Positions 29,619 to 38,950 of a DNA stretch of 64,000 nucleotides are shown here, piece by piece; position 1 is the stretch's first letter, and every line of letters begins with the position of its first letter. This stretch comes from Desulfatiglandales bacterium. GTDB taxonomy: Bacteria > Desulfobacterota > DSM-4660 > Desulfatiglandales > Desulfatiglandaceae. The position numbers were made by a program, and so were the translations under genes. The stretch covers positions 4,288,001 through 4,352,000 of the forward strand of contig OY759599.1 of assembly GCA_963662465.1 (NCBI GenBank). The letters run 5' to 3'. The notes below the pieces were generated by a model. That model was not told the origin of the DNA and made no database searches. It saw nothing but the letters and a program-made list of their open reading frames with translations.

Positions 29619-30536
29619 ATGAACAACACACGCCAAATCGCCTTTGGTTTTTCAACCCGTTGCAACATCAAATGTGAGCATTGCGTTGCAGCTCACGACG
29701 GTTCGCCCGAAATGAAAATGGCACTCCCAAAGGCCATCGAGATCATTGATGAATTGTCCCGTGCCGGCGTTACCGGCATCAGTTTCACGGCCGGAGAACC
29801 CTTGCTGTATTTAAAGGAAATGAAGGAACTGGTTCGAAGGTGCCAAAAACATCACATTTATTCAAGGATCGTCACCAACGGCTACTGGGGCAAAACCGAG
29901 GAGAGTTCGGATCAGATGGTCGCAACCCTGAAAGATTGCGGATTATCCCAATTGAGAATCAGCTTCAGCCGCTGGCATCAAAAAAATGTGAGGCGGGAAA
30001 ACATCCTCAATGCCGCATTGAGCTGCCGAAAATATGACCTCAATTATTTCATATCCTTTGTTACGGATTTCAGAAAGGAAGACGACGCACCGGAACAGTT
30101 TCTTCAGGACAACCACCTGAAATATTTTCCGGAACCCCTCATCTATTTCGGCAACGCAACAAAACTCGACCGACCCCCGGTTTTTACCGATTACCCTGCC
30201 CACCGGTGCGCCATGAACCCCTATCTGTCACCCGAACTGGACATGTTTGCCTGCTGTGATGCCGGCACGCAGTTTACAAAAACGGATGCCTTTTACCTTG
30301 GCAATTTAAAAAACCATTCCATTGACCATCTATTCCGGAAAAAGGAAAAGAACCTCCTTTTTCACCTGATTAAAACCATGGGGCTTACCACCATGGCGTC
30401 ATTTCTAGGATTCAAGGCCAGTGAAATTGTAAAGTACAGAAAATGCGACCTGTGTGAAACGCTTTTCAATTCGACCGAACATCTGGAACGGCTGAAAACA
30501 TCCGCAGCCACGGAACTCCTTCACTGGACACGATAA
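29619..30536 (+). CDS. Radical SAM protein
   Basis: CNIKCEHC, FTAGEP, VTNGYW; C-terminal Cys residues. Confidence 0.88.
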   Translation: MNNTRQIAFGFSTRCNIKCEHCVAAHDGSPEMKMALPKAIEIIDELSRAGVTGISFTAGEPLLYLKEMKELVRRCQKHHIYSRIVTNGYWGKTEESSDQMVATLKDCGLSQLRISFSRWHQKNVRRENILNAALSCRKYDLNYFISFVTDFRKEDDAPEQFLQDNHLKYFPEPLIYFGNATKLDRPPVFTDYPAHRCAMNPYLSPELDMFACCDAGTQFTKTDAFYLGNLKNHSIDHLFRKKEKNLLFHLIKTMGLTTMASFLGFKASEIVKYRKCDLCETLFNSTEHLERLKTSAATELLHWTR

Positions 30537-30545
30537 CACCCCCCC

Positions 30546-32699
30546 CTACCATTTAAAGTCTTTGTCCTTCTTGAGAAGAATCCGGGCATCGGCAATACCG
30601 AATCCCTGTTCATAGGCGATCACGGGATTCAGATCGATTTCCTGGATGTCCTTATAGGACCCAACCACTTCCGATATGGTCAACAGGAGACTTTTAAGCG
30701 CTTTTCGATCCACCGGCGGGTTGCCCCGAAAACCGTTCAACAGTTCCACGGACCGGATTTCATCGATCATCCGGCGGGCGGACCGCTCGGAGATGGGCAG
30801 CACGCGGAATACGACATCCTTCAAAACCTCCACCAGGACGCCCCCGATGCCGAACATGATGACGGGACCGAATTGATCGTCCATTTTGGTGCCCACAATC
30901 AGCTCAAGACCCTGTTTCATCATGGGCTCCACCAAGACCCCATGAATTTCGGCCTTTGCATTGTAAGCGGTCGCCCCCTTTAAGACGGCATCATAGGCGG
31001 CCCGTATCTCCGCTTCAGTGGTCAGGTTGAGTTGCACGCCACCGGCATCACTCTTGTGCGAAATCTCTGGCGACACGATTTTAATGGCCACGGGTCCTTC
31101 CATTTCAGATGCCGCTGCAACCGCTTCATCCGCTGATTGGACCAGTCTGTTCTGAAAATGCTGACCACCATGCAACCCCAACAACTCCTTGGCTTCATAC
31201 TCAAAAAGAGCGCTGCGATGTTCCGCCCGGGCCTTTTGAAAGATCTCGCGGCCCCGTGGTTTGGCCTTTTCACCCTTGCTGAAGACGAATTTCTGTCTGG
31301 CTTTGTAACTGCGCAGGTAATTCCCGTATTCCGAAAGCACCGAAATGCTCTTACAGGAGACTTCAAGGGAGTCATACACGGGGATCTTGTAATAGCGAAG
31401 CAGGTCCAGGGAGTGGGGCCGTGCATAGTTGTACAGACTATGAACCACAATGGGTTTACCGATATCCTTGACCAGTTTTCCCATTCGGTGTGCTGCGTCT
31501 TCCTCTACAAATTCGAGACTTTTGGCAAAACGGATGTTATAACCGCCGAAGAGACCCACCACCAGCAACCCGCCCACCTGAGGGTCATGGAGCATGATTT
31601 CGGCGCAATCCGCGAAAACCGCCGGATTTTCATCGGCCCCGCCCGCGATGTCAACGGGATTTCGAGTCGATGCCCCCTCAGGCAGCAGGGCCTTGAGCTT
31701 CTTCCGGGTTTTCTCCCCCATGCGCGGAATATGCACGCCCAGATCCGTCAACTTGTCCGCCGCAATGGTAGCATGTCCCCCACCGTCCGCCAGAATAGCG
31801 ACGCTCTGATTTTTGATATGGGGAAGGCTGGCCAGTGTTTCGGCCGCGGGGAACAATTCATCGGAATCTTCAATGACAATAATGCCCGCCCTTTGGAACG
31901 CGGTCCGAGCCACCTCCGATATGCCGGCCAACGCCCCGGTGTGAGACCCCGCCGAAAGTTTTCCCGCGGCGGAACGGCCGCTCTTGAGCATCACAATGGG
32001 CTTTTTCCGCGTGGTCTGATAAGCCTGTTGGAGAAAACGCCGGCCATCCCGCATCCCTTCCACGTACATGAGAATAGCCCGGGTGTTGGGATCTTCCTGG
32101 AAAAAGGCCAGATACTCGTGGAACTTGAGGTCCGCCTCGTTCCCGATACCCACATAATAGGAAAATCCCTGCCGGCTCTTGATGCCGGCTTCCGTAATGA
32201 GGGTCAGGGCCATGTTGCCGCTCTGGGAAATCAAGGCAATATGGCCTTTGGGCACCCCCTTTAAGCCCACCAGGTTCATGTTGCTCGTAACGTTCATCAT
32301 ACCGGAAGTATTGGGACCAATGAACCGAATGCCATGCTCATTTGCAATGGCGACAATCTCTTTTTCCAGATCCTTTCCGACTTTGCCCATCTCGCCAAAA
32401 CCGCCGGCGATAATCACCGCCCCCGCCACTCCCTTTTTTCCGCAATCCTTCAGGATTCCGGGAATGGTTTTGGAGGGCGTAGTGATCAAAACCAGTTCAA
32501 CGGGGCCTTCAATTTCAGAAACCAGGGTATAACATGGAAGCCCCAGAATGCTTTTTTCCTTGGGATTTACCGGATAAATCCTACCCTCGAAACCCTGGTC
32601 CAAGAGGGTCTTAATGGACTGATATCCTCGTTTGGTTTCTTTTTTGGATGCTCCCACCACCGCGACGGACGTTGCGTTCAACACATGTTCCAAACCCAT
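30546..32699 (-). CDS. Acetate/acyl-CoA ligase (ADP-forming), fused alpha-beta
   Basis: AVVGAS, IGPNTSG, SQSG, SHTGALAG, NPVD, HKSDAGGV, DLNP. Confidence 0.92.
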   Translation of the reverse strand: MGLEHVLNATSVAVVGASKKETKRGYQSIKTLLDQGFEGRIYPVNPKEKSILGLPCYTLVSEIEGPVELVLITTPSKTIPGILKDCGKKGVAGAVIIAGGFGEMGKVGKDLEKEIVAIANEHGIRFIGPNTSGMMNVTSNMNLVGLKGVPKGHIALISQSGNMALTLITEAGIKSRQGFSYYVGIGNEADLKFHEYLAFFQEDPNTRAILMYVEGMRDGRRFLQQAYQTTRKKPIVMLKSGRSAAGKLSAGSHTGALAGISEVARTAFQRAGIIVIEDSDELFPAAETLASLPHIKNQSVAILADGGGHATIAADKLTDLGVHIPRMGEKTRKKLKALLPEGASTRNPVDIAGGADENPAVFADCAEIMLHDPQVGGLLVVGLFGGYNIRFAKSLEFVEEDAAHRMGKLVKDIGKPIVVHSLYNYARPHSLDLLRYYKIPVYDSLEVSCKSISVLSEYGNYLRSYKARQKFVFSKGEKAKPRGREIFQKARAEHRSALFEYEAKELLGLHGGQHFQNRLVQSADEAVAAASEMEGPVAIKIVSPEISHKSDAGGVQLNLTTEAEIRAAYDAVLKGATAYNAKAEIHGVLVEPMMKQGLELIVGTKMDDQFGPVIMFGIGGVLVEVLKDVVFRVLPISERSARRMIDEIRSVELLNGFRGNPPVDRKALKSLLLTISEVVGSYKDIQEIDLNPVIAYEQGFGIADARILLKKDKDFKW

Positions 32700-32703
32700 G
32701 AAT

Positions 32704-32870
32704 TTATCTCCCCTTGAATACGGGTTTACGTTTTTCCGAAAAAGAACGGATCCCTTCGTGCCAGTCCTCCGTATTCATGCAGGCCAAAATGGCCTCGGCC
32801 TCCGCCGGCAATACGGTTTCCAGGTCCCGGTAAGACCCCTGACGAATCAGGGCCTTTCTCAGTCTATTTG
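32704..32870 (-). pseudogene. C-terminal remnant of an enoyl-CoA hydratase
   Basis: ...DLETVLPAEAEAILACMNTEDWHEGIRSFSEKRKPVFKGR crotonase tail; N-terminal region absent. Confidence 0.78.
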
Positions 32871-33049
32871 GCCCAAATGATAGGTGGGCGATACATTTCG
32901 CTTGCCAATACCCGTTTACCCTATAGAATGCAAACCGTATGGGCAAATAAAAAATGGGAGAATACCCAAAAAAAGAAATCCTCCCGATGTTCAGGAATCC
33001 TGCTCTTTATGAGACAAAGACAACGTCAATCCACAAAAAGGCGTTTTAC

Positions 33050-33793
33050 ATGACTACACAACACCTTGTTATCATCGAAGACAACACCCTAAGATACACG
33101 AATGCCGCGGCAACCCTGTTCGCTTCAAAGGCTCAGAATGCCGCCGACCGGAAAGGATTTTTCACGGTGGCCCTTTCAGGAGGCTCCACCCCGAGACCCA
33201 TGCACAGGCGCCTGGCGGAAAACCCGTTCCGATCAAACATTCCATGGGATAAGATTCACATCTTCTGGGTTGACGAACGCTGTGTTCCGGAAGATGATCC
33301 CGCCAGCAATTACGGCGCGGCCCGAAAGGACTTCATCGACCGGTTGCCCATTCCCAAAACGCACATTCACCCCATGCCGGTGAATATGCCCCCTGAAAAA
33401 GGCGCATCATGCTACCAACGGGAAATGATGGATTTTTTTGGCGCCGGTCTGGATGAAATCCCCATATTTGACCTCATTTTACTGGGTATCGGCACTGACG
33501 GTCATACGGCTTCCCTGTTTCCGGGACACAGCGCATTGCATGAGAAAAAAAAACTCATTTCAACCGTCAAAGGGGGGATGCCGAATGTAAATCGCCTGTC
33601 CATGACCTATCCAATCCTCAATCAGGCCGAAGAGATTATCATTCTGGCATCCGGAAAGGAAAAAGCCGGCATTATAGAAGCGCTGCTTGAAAAAAAACAA
33701 CGGGGTCTGCCGGCCCTGGGAATTCAACCAAAATCCGGAAAACTGACCTGGCTGCTGGACCGGGAAGCCGCGGCCCTGCTGCCGACGGACTAG
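33050..33793 (+). CDS. pgl: 6-phosphogluconolactonase
   Basis: ALSGGSTP, VDERCVP...SNY, LGIGTDGHTASLFPG. Confidence 0.93.
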   Translation: MTTQHLVIIEDNTLRYTNAAATLFASKAQNAADRKGFFTVALSGGSTPRPMHRRLAENPFRSNIPWDKIHIFWVDERCVPEDDPASNYGAARKDFIDRLPIPKTHIHPMPVNMPPEKGASCYQREMMDFFGAGLDEIPIFDLILLGIGTDGHTASLFPGHSALHEKKKLISTVKGGMPNVNRLSMTYPILNQAEEIIILASGKEKAGIIEALLEKKQRGLPALGIQPKSGKLTWLLDREAAALLPTD

Positions 33794-33863
33794 GCATCAA
33801 GTATCAAGTTTCAGGGCTACCTCCAGCAGCGGGCCGGGGACATCGAACCCACACTTACGCGAT

Positions 33864-34610
33864 TCATGGGATCGTATCCATGGAGGCAAACGCCGGCTCG
33901 TGAAGGGGGAGCAAAATATCCGACATTTCCTTTATTTTCAGCATTATATCATATGCCTCGTATACGTTCACATGGGTTCCCGGAGGAATAACGTCCATCT
34001 CCATGGCCCTGATTTCAACAGGAGGCTCAAAGTTTTCCTTAATGACGCAAAACCCGGTAATGGCAGCCAGGCCGGACGGCGTGTCAACCATAACGGTCAT
34101 CCCTCCATCCGTATGGACAGGCGTATGCACACAGCGCAAACCAGGAAAAATTTCGGCATCTCCGTCAAGGATGTCGATCTGCCCGTTTTCTTCCACATCC
34201 TCAATATAATCTTCCACATACCGAAAATCCAGCGGGTGGGGCGCATGGATCCTTTCAAGCTCCTTACGATGCACAAAAAAACGGGCGTTAGTGCATTTAT
34301 AGTCATTCTCGCAGTGGTCATTATGCAAATGGGTGTGGATGACCACATCAATATCCTCGGGATGCAGACCCCAGCGATCCAAACCTTCCTCAAACGTGTA
34401 GATTTTCCCGCCGATGGCCTGCTCCCGGGCTTCGGATTGTATGGGCCGCAGTTCACCCGTATCCACCAGAATTTTCCGTTCTCCCCCCTCGATATACCAA
34501 CAGTAAATGGGGATGGTATATTTCACGCCTGCTCCGTATTGGTAGGTCATCATGCTCTTGTCAAACTCCTTTGTACCCATGACGATGGGATGAATTCTGT
34601 ATGTATCCAC
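33864..34610 (-). CDS. Metallo-beta-lactamase fold hydrolase (AHL-lactonase-like family)
   Basis: LVDTG, THLHNDH, TPVHTDG, PLHE. Confidence 0.85.
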   Translation of the reverse strand: MDTYRIHPIVMGTKEFDKSMMTYQYGAGVKYTIPIYCWYIEGGERKILVDTGELRPIQSEAREQAIGGKIYTFEEGLDRWGLHPEDIDVVIHTHLHNDHCENDYKCTNARFFVHRKELERIHAPHPLDFRYVEDYIEDVEENGQIDILDGDAEIFPGLRCVHTPVHTDGGMTVMVDTPSGLAAITGFCVIKENFEPPVEIRAMEMDVIPPGTHVNVYEAYDIMLKIKEMSDILLPLHEPAFASMDTIP

Positions 34611-34826
34611 AACAAAGTCTCCTTGCTTTTAAAAGTTTTTGACTATTTCACTTTTTTGACCTACAACAGTTTCAACGCCATGTCAAACCCACTCTGCGCA
34701 TATCCATAACGCTAACGGTGAATTCCCTTCGATGTTGACGGTTTGCCCGGAACATATTAAGCTTGTTTTGCACTCGGCAAAAAAATCAGTCTCCATATTG
34801 CCAACCTAACAGGGAAAAAAGAGGCC

Positions 34827-35522
34827 TTGGAAACAACAACCGAAAAATCCACCCCATCCTTCGCCGCCACCAAAAAAGATTTCCGCGAATTCTGTCGCCT
34901 GCTTTATGACCGCCGTCTGGTGGCGGGAGTGGGCGGAAACGTAGCCGCACGTTCAGGAAACCGCATCTTCCTGACGCCTACGGGGTGTTCGCTTCGAGAG
35001 ATCAGGCCGGAGCAAATCGCCGTGGTCGACGGCGAAGGCCGTCTGCTTCAAGGGAATTCACCCACCACGGAATCCCATATCCACATAAAAACCCTCCGCG
35101 CCAGACCCGATATCAACGTGGTGGTCCATCTGCATGGCGCCCATATCATCGCCGTTTCCACCCTGCTGACGCCGGGCCCCAACGCCCTCCCACCCCTGAC
35201 GCCCGGGTTTGTTTACCACGCTTATCCGCTCCCCATGATCCCTTTCATGGTTCCGGGCTCAAAAGAACTCTCTTCGTCCGCATCCACGGAGTTGACCCTC
35301 AAGAAAGGTTGCGCCGTGCTTCTGCAAAACCATGGTCTGGTAACCGCCGGAAAGGATTTTTCGGAAGCGCTAAATATTGCGGAAGAGATTGATGAAGCGG
35401 CCCACGTTTACCTCCTTACCCGCGGCAGAGCAACCCAAATTTCCGACAAGGACATCGCGGAAATCAAAGCGCTTCGAACAGCCACTTCCTTTCCTCATGA
35501 AGATACATCAGGTTCTTTTTAA
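34827..35522 (+). CDS. Class II aldolase/adducin family protein
   Basis: GGNVAAR, TPTG, PTTE..IH, HLH, LLQNHG. Confidence 0.88.
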   Translation: METTTEKSTPSFAATKKDFREFCRLLYDRRLVAGVGGNVAARSGNRIFLTPTGCSLREIRPEQIAVVDGEGRLLQGNSPTTESHIHIKTLRARPDINVVVHLHGAHIIAVSTLLTPGPNALPPLTPGFVYHAYPLPMIPFMVPGSKELSSSASTELTLKKGCAVLLQNHGLVTAGKDFSEALNIAEEIDEAAHVYLLTRGRATQISDKDIAEIKALRTATSFPHEDTSGSF

Positions 35523-35653
35523 ACAGGTTCTTATTTGCTTTGATAAAACATGAAATCCTGATATAAAAGCCGATAATGATTAAGGCGTCGACGGCGAAAC
35601 GCCCCAATCACAGGCCATTAGAAAATGAGGGATGAAAGGAGGACAACGTTACC

Positions 35654-36154
35654 ATGGCTCAAAAAAGTGCTTTAAAGGACAAGGTTATCCTGGTGGTGGA
35701 CGATGAACCCGATGTTCTGGAAACCGTAGAGGAAGAACTTGACATGTGCCTCATCCACAAGGCAACGGATTACGATACCGCTCTCCAATACCTTCTCAGT
35801 TATACATACGACATCGTCATCCTTGATATTATGGGGGTCAACGGGTTTGAACTCTTGAAAACGGCTGTATCCAGGGAATTTCCCACCGTCATGCTAACCG
35901 CCCACGCACTTTCTCCCGAATCCCTGAAAAAGTCCATCAAACTGGGCGCTGTTTCATTTCTCCCCAAAGAAAAGATAGCGGAACTCAGTGTTTTCCTTGA
36001 AGACGTGGTGCTGGGGGAAGGCAAGCCGGTATGGGAAAAACTGTTTGATAAGCTGGGGCAATATTTCAGCAAACGTTTTGGACCGGACTGGAAAGAAAAA
36101 GACCGATTTTTCAAGGAATTTGAACAAAAACTTAAGGAAGATATGGGCGACTAA
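35654..36154 (+). CDS. Response regulator (receiver domain with short C-terminal extension)
   Basis: ILVVDDE, ILDIMGVNG, MLTAH, FLPK. Confidence 0.9.
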   Translation: MAQKSALKDKVILVVDDEPDVLETVEEELDMCLIHKATDYDTALQYLLSYTYDIVILDIMGVNGFELLKTAVSREFPTVMLTAHALSPESLKKSIKLGAVSFLPKEKIAELSVFLEDVVLGEGKPVWEKLFDKLGQYFSKRFGPDWKEKDRFFKEFEQKLKEDMGD

Positions 36155-36175
36155 TGTTTTGGGTAAGAGGTTGAT

Positions 36176-36754
36176 ATGGGATTTCTTTCAGGACTTCAAG
36201 AATACCTGAAGCAGACCTACAACGCGTCGGTTTTTGACCAGGCCTGTGAATCCAGACAACCATGGGAATTCCATCTTCATGGGCATCGCGTTATCCGCGC
36301 CAATATTTACAAAAATCTGGTCTACGATCTTAAGATTAAAAGCGATGACACGAAAGAAACAGTTCTATCCAAAACAGATATAAAAATGCTTTACCCATCA
36401 GAGGCTTCCGATGCAATTCGACCCCTTCTGAAAATAGACCCAAAGATTTCAAAACTGGCACTGGAACCGATTATCACGCCTGCCCTGAGGCGCCACATTA
36501 AAAACAAGTCCCTTTTCCCCCTGATGAAAGAAAGAAAAGTGGCATTCTTCACGCTGCTTGAAGGAGAAATCCTCAAGGGGCTCATTACCGGATTCAGCCG
36601 ATACGACATCATCTGCAACCTCAAGGGGGGCCTACCGGTTTTTATTCTGAGACATGCTATTTATGACCTTCGCGACAAAAAGGGCCGCAGTTTCCTGAAA
36701 TCCACCCAAGAAGCGCGCAAGGATTGGGAAAAAAGCAGTCTTTACGTCTCATAA
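36176..36754 (+). CDS. Hypothetical protein with probable tandem Hfq/Sm-like domains
   Basis: C-terminal half aligns by eye with Hfq Sm1/Sm2 (LLEGEILKGLITGFSRYDI...ILRHAI). Confidence 0.6.
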   Translation: MGFLSGLQEYLKQTYNASVFDQACESRQPWEFHLHGHRVIRANIYKNLVYDLKIKSDDTKETVLSKTDIKMLYPSEASDAIRPLLKIDPKISKLALEPIITPALRRHIKNKSLFPLMKERKVAFFTLLEGEILKGLITGFSRYDIICNLKGGLPVFILRHAIYDLRDKKGRSFLKSTQEARKDWEKSSLYVS

Positions 36755-36795
36755 CCTCCGTACCGGCGCTTCTTCAGCTAAGGGAACTTCACCTT

Positions 36796-38019
36796 TCACT
36801 CACCAGCGTTAACCATGATGGCGTAATAGTTTTCTTTTTCAAAGAAAAACTGCTCCACGGCATAATTCTGACCGCCTTCAAGGTCAAGCACGACACGCGT
36901 CTTTGGCTTTTGTCCCTTATGAACCCCCACCCGAATTCGCTTCACTACGCCCGTTGTAACGGGGAGTTTTTTTCCGACTCCCGGCGCCAGCCGCACCCCA
37001 AAAAAATCGCACACGACGCGAGGGGATTCCCCCTCAATAACAACGATTTCGGGTGGATAATATCCATTGAGTTCAAAAACAATCTGCGCATGATCGGGGT
37101 CTGTCACAACCGTACGGATCCCCTGGATCACCTTTTTCGTTCCAGTTGACGAGGCTTCAGGAGATTCTTTCGAAGTAGACGGATGCGGTGCATAAAGAAG
37201 GCTGCGGTGGGCCCAACCGGATCGCCCGTCATCCATCACTACCGCGCACCAGTTTCCTTTCTGGTCTGCCACCTGAACCGTATCACCGCGGGCGACTGTA
37301 AATACGACCTTTTCCTTCACGGATGGTCCTTCACGGACATTTCCCACTTCTACGATCACCGTCAATTTTTCCCGGCCTTGCGCATTCGATCCGGATTTCG
37401 CCCCTGCCAAGCCTTCAGACGGCCTGGCCCGACTTGCTTCGGAAAGATTTGAAACTTCGGGAGGCAAGATCAATGCCGGGTTATCATTGTTCGGGTGAAG
37501 TGTTTTATCTGTGGGTTTAAAATTTTCCGCAACCAACGGCGGTTTTCCCGCGGAAGAAGATAAAGAAGTTTGAGGGACTTCACGGGGATCGGACAAAACA
37601 GGCGGTGTCGGCTCATCCGGCAATTGCAACAAAATACCCTTACCTGGAGGATCATCGGGAAGAACATCCTGCATCTGGGAAAAACCGTCATTTGAAGGGG
37701 CTTCGACATCCTGGCCCGATGTTTCCTGTAACCCGGCCTCTAACGGCGCGCCGGACTCAGCCTCCGGCTTTTCACTTTTCATCGCGACAGGATTGGAAAC
37801 GGCGTATCGTTTAAGGGGTTCTCGAATTTCCTGGTGAAAAGTGGCCGGAACAATTTGCCTTTTTTTGTCGGACGTTTTGCCTGATAGGAGTACAAATGCA
37901 ATTCCCAAAAAGACAACAACAACACAAATTGCCGCAATCAGCCATGCGACCCTGGACCCGCGACGGTCAAGAAAAAAATCCATGCCCTTGCTTCGTGAAA
38001 AAAGACGGCCCATCAGCAT
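36796..38019 (-). CDS. Membrane-anchored SH3 plus AMIN-domain protein
   Basis: N-terminal TM, low-complexity linker, GNVREGPS...GWAH (SH3b), PRVVCDF...RVVLDL (AMIN). Confidence 0.75.
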   Translation of the reverse strand: MLMGRLFSRSKGMDFFLDRRGSRVAWLIAAICVVVVFLGIAFVLLSGKTSDKKRQIVPATFHQEIREPLKRYAVSNPVAMKSEKPEAESGAPLEAGLQETSGQDVEAPSNDGFSQMQDVLPDDPPGKGILLQLPDEPTPPVLSDPREVPQTSLSSSAGKPPLVAENFKPTDKTLHPNNDNPALILPPEVSNLSEASRARPSEGLAGAKSGSNAQGREKLTVIVEVGNVREGPSVKEKVVFTVARGDTVQVADQKGNWCAVVMDDGRSGWAHRSLLYAPHPSTSKESPEASSTGTKKVIQGIRTVVTDPDHAQIVFELNGYYPPEIVVIEGESPRVVCDFFGVRLAPGVGKKLPVTTGVVKRIRVGVHKGQKPKTRVVLDLEGGQNYAVEQFFFEKENYYAIMVNAGE

Positions 38020-38039
38020 AGCGATCTGCCTCCCGTCAT

Positions 38040-38393
38040 CTAAATTTTTTCTCTTCTTGCGCGCTCTCGGTTCTCCCTGTCCATTCCCAGGAAAAAACGG
38101 TAGGGTCCAGGGGTCCCCTGGGGAAGCAGCGCCACCCTGTCCCCCGGGCCCACAAAGTCATAGATATTGATCACCTGGCCATTCTTAAAAACCGCCTCGA
38201 CCTCTTTCGGTGGAATCGAAAGACGGCCGGCGAGATCATACGCGCTCATTCCCCCATGGGATATCTTCTCCGTCACCACATAGGGCAATCCGACCGCATC
38301 AAGATAACGACGTAAAAACCCGAATACGCGAATTTCAACGGTTTGGCCTTCGCCTTCATTGACCATCTCTTGCTCACCCTCATATGGTTTCAA
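38040..38393 (-). CDS. MoaD/ThiS-like ubiquitin-fold protein lacking the terminal GG
   Basis: LSIPPKEVEAVFKNG...GDRVALLPQGTPGPYR. Confidence 0.7.
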   Translation of the reverse strand: MKPYEGEQEMVNEGEGQTVEIRVFGFLRRYLDAVGLPYVVTEKISHGGMSAYDLAGRLSIPPKEVEAVFKNGQVINIYDFVGPGDRVALLPQGTPGPYRFFLGMDRENRERARREKI

Positions 38394-38402
38394 ATTTTCT
38401 TC

Positions 38403-38642
38403 CTACCCCCCTCCCACGGGCGGAAAAAACGCCACCCGCTCATCTCCCCTCAGCACATAATCAAAAGGCGCGCTAAGTCCATTAACCATAACAATCTTGA
38501 CCATTTCTTGTGGAATTTTCAACTTTCGAAGAAGCACCGCCACGGGAATCGCTTCTTCCAGATCAAGATCAATTCCGGCGGAAGGTTCATAATCGGGATG
38601 GCATTCCCGCAATGTCGCGCTTAAGAAAACCTTCAGGGTCAT
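38403..38642 (-). CDS. MoaD/ThiS family sulfur carrier
   Basis: IVMVNG...GDERVAFFPPVGGG C-terminus. Confidence 0.88.
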   Translation of the reverse strand: MTLKVFLSATLRECHPDYEPSAGIDLDLEEAIPVAVLLRKLKIPQEMVKIVMVNGLSAPFDYVLRGDERVAFFPPVGGG

Positions 38643-38760
38643 ATCGCCATTCCCATAAAACATTCTTCTCAAAAAGACTGTAGCCATTAATAAGTCAACC
38701 CTAATTTTTCTAATTATCACTATATTTCAACGCCTGTCAATCTTTTCCGTAAAACGCCCC

Positions 38761-38780
38761 TTATGTCAATACTGACCTAA
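38761..38780. promoter_or_regulatory. Palindromic candidate operator between divergent moaD-like and aor genes
   Basis: TTATGTCA-ATAC-TGACCTAA (7/8 symmetric). Confidence 0.5.
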
Positions 38781-38950
38781 ACATTTGAATTTTCTGATTA
38801 TTTTGCTTGATCTTCCGTTTTTTTGAGTGCATACTGGCAGGCATGAACTTTTTTATGGAAAAGACCCAAACAACAAAATGGGCGGCCCGCTGATGAGAAG
38901 CATCAGCAGTGGCGCAAACAAACTGAACGACCAGCATAAAGGAGGTTAGA

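Noticed and set aside
35580..35620. Riboswitch-like GGCGAAACGCC hairpin upstream of the response regulator
   Set aside because: Too short; no complete aptamer consensus recognised
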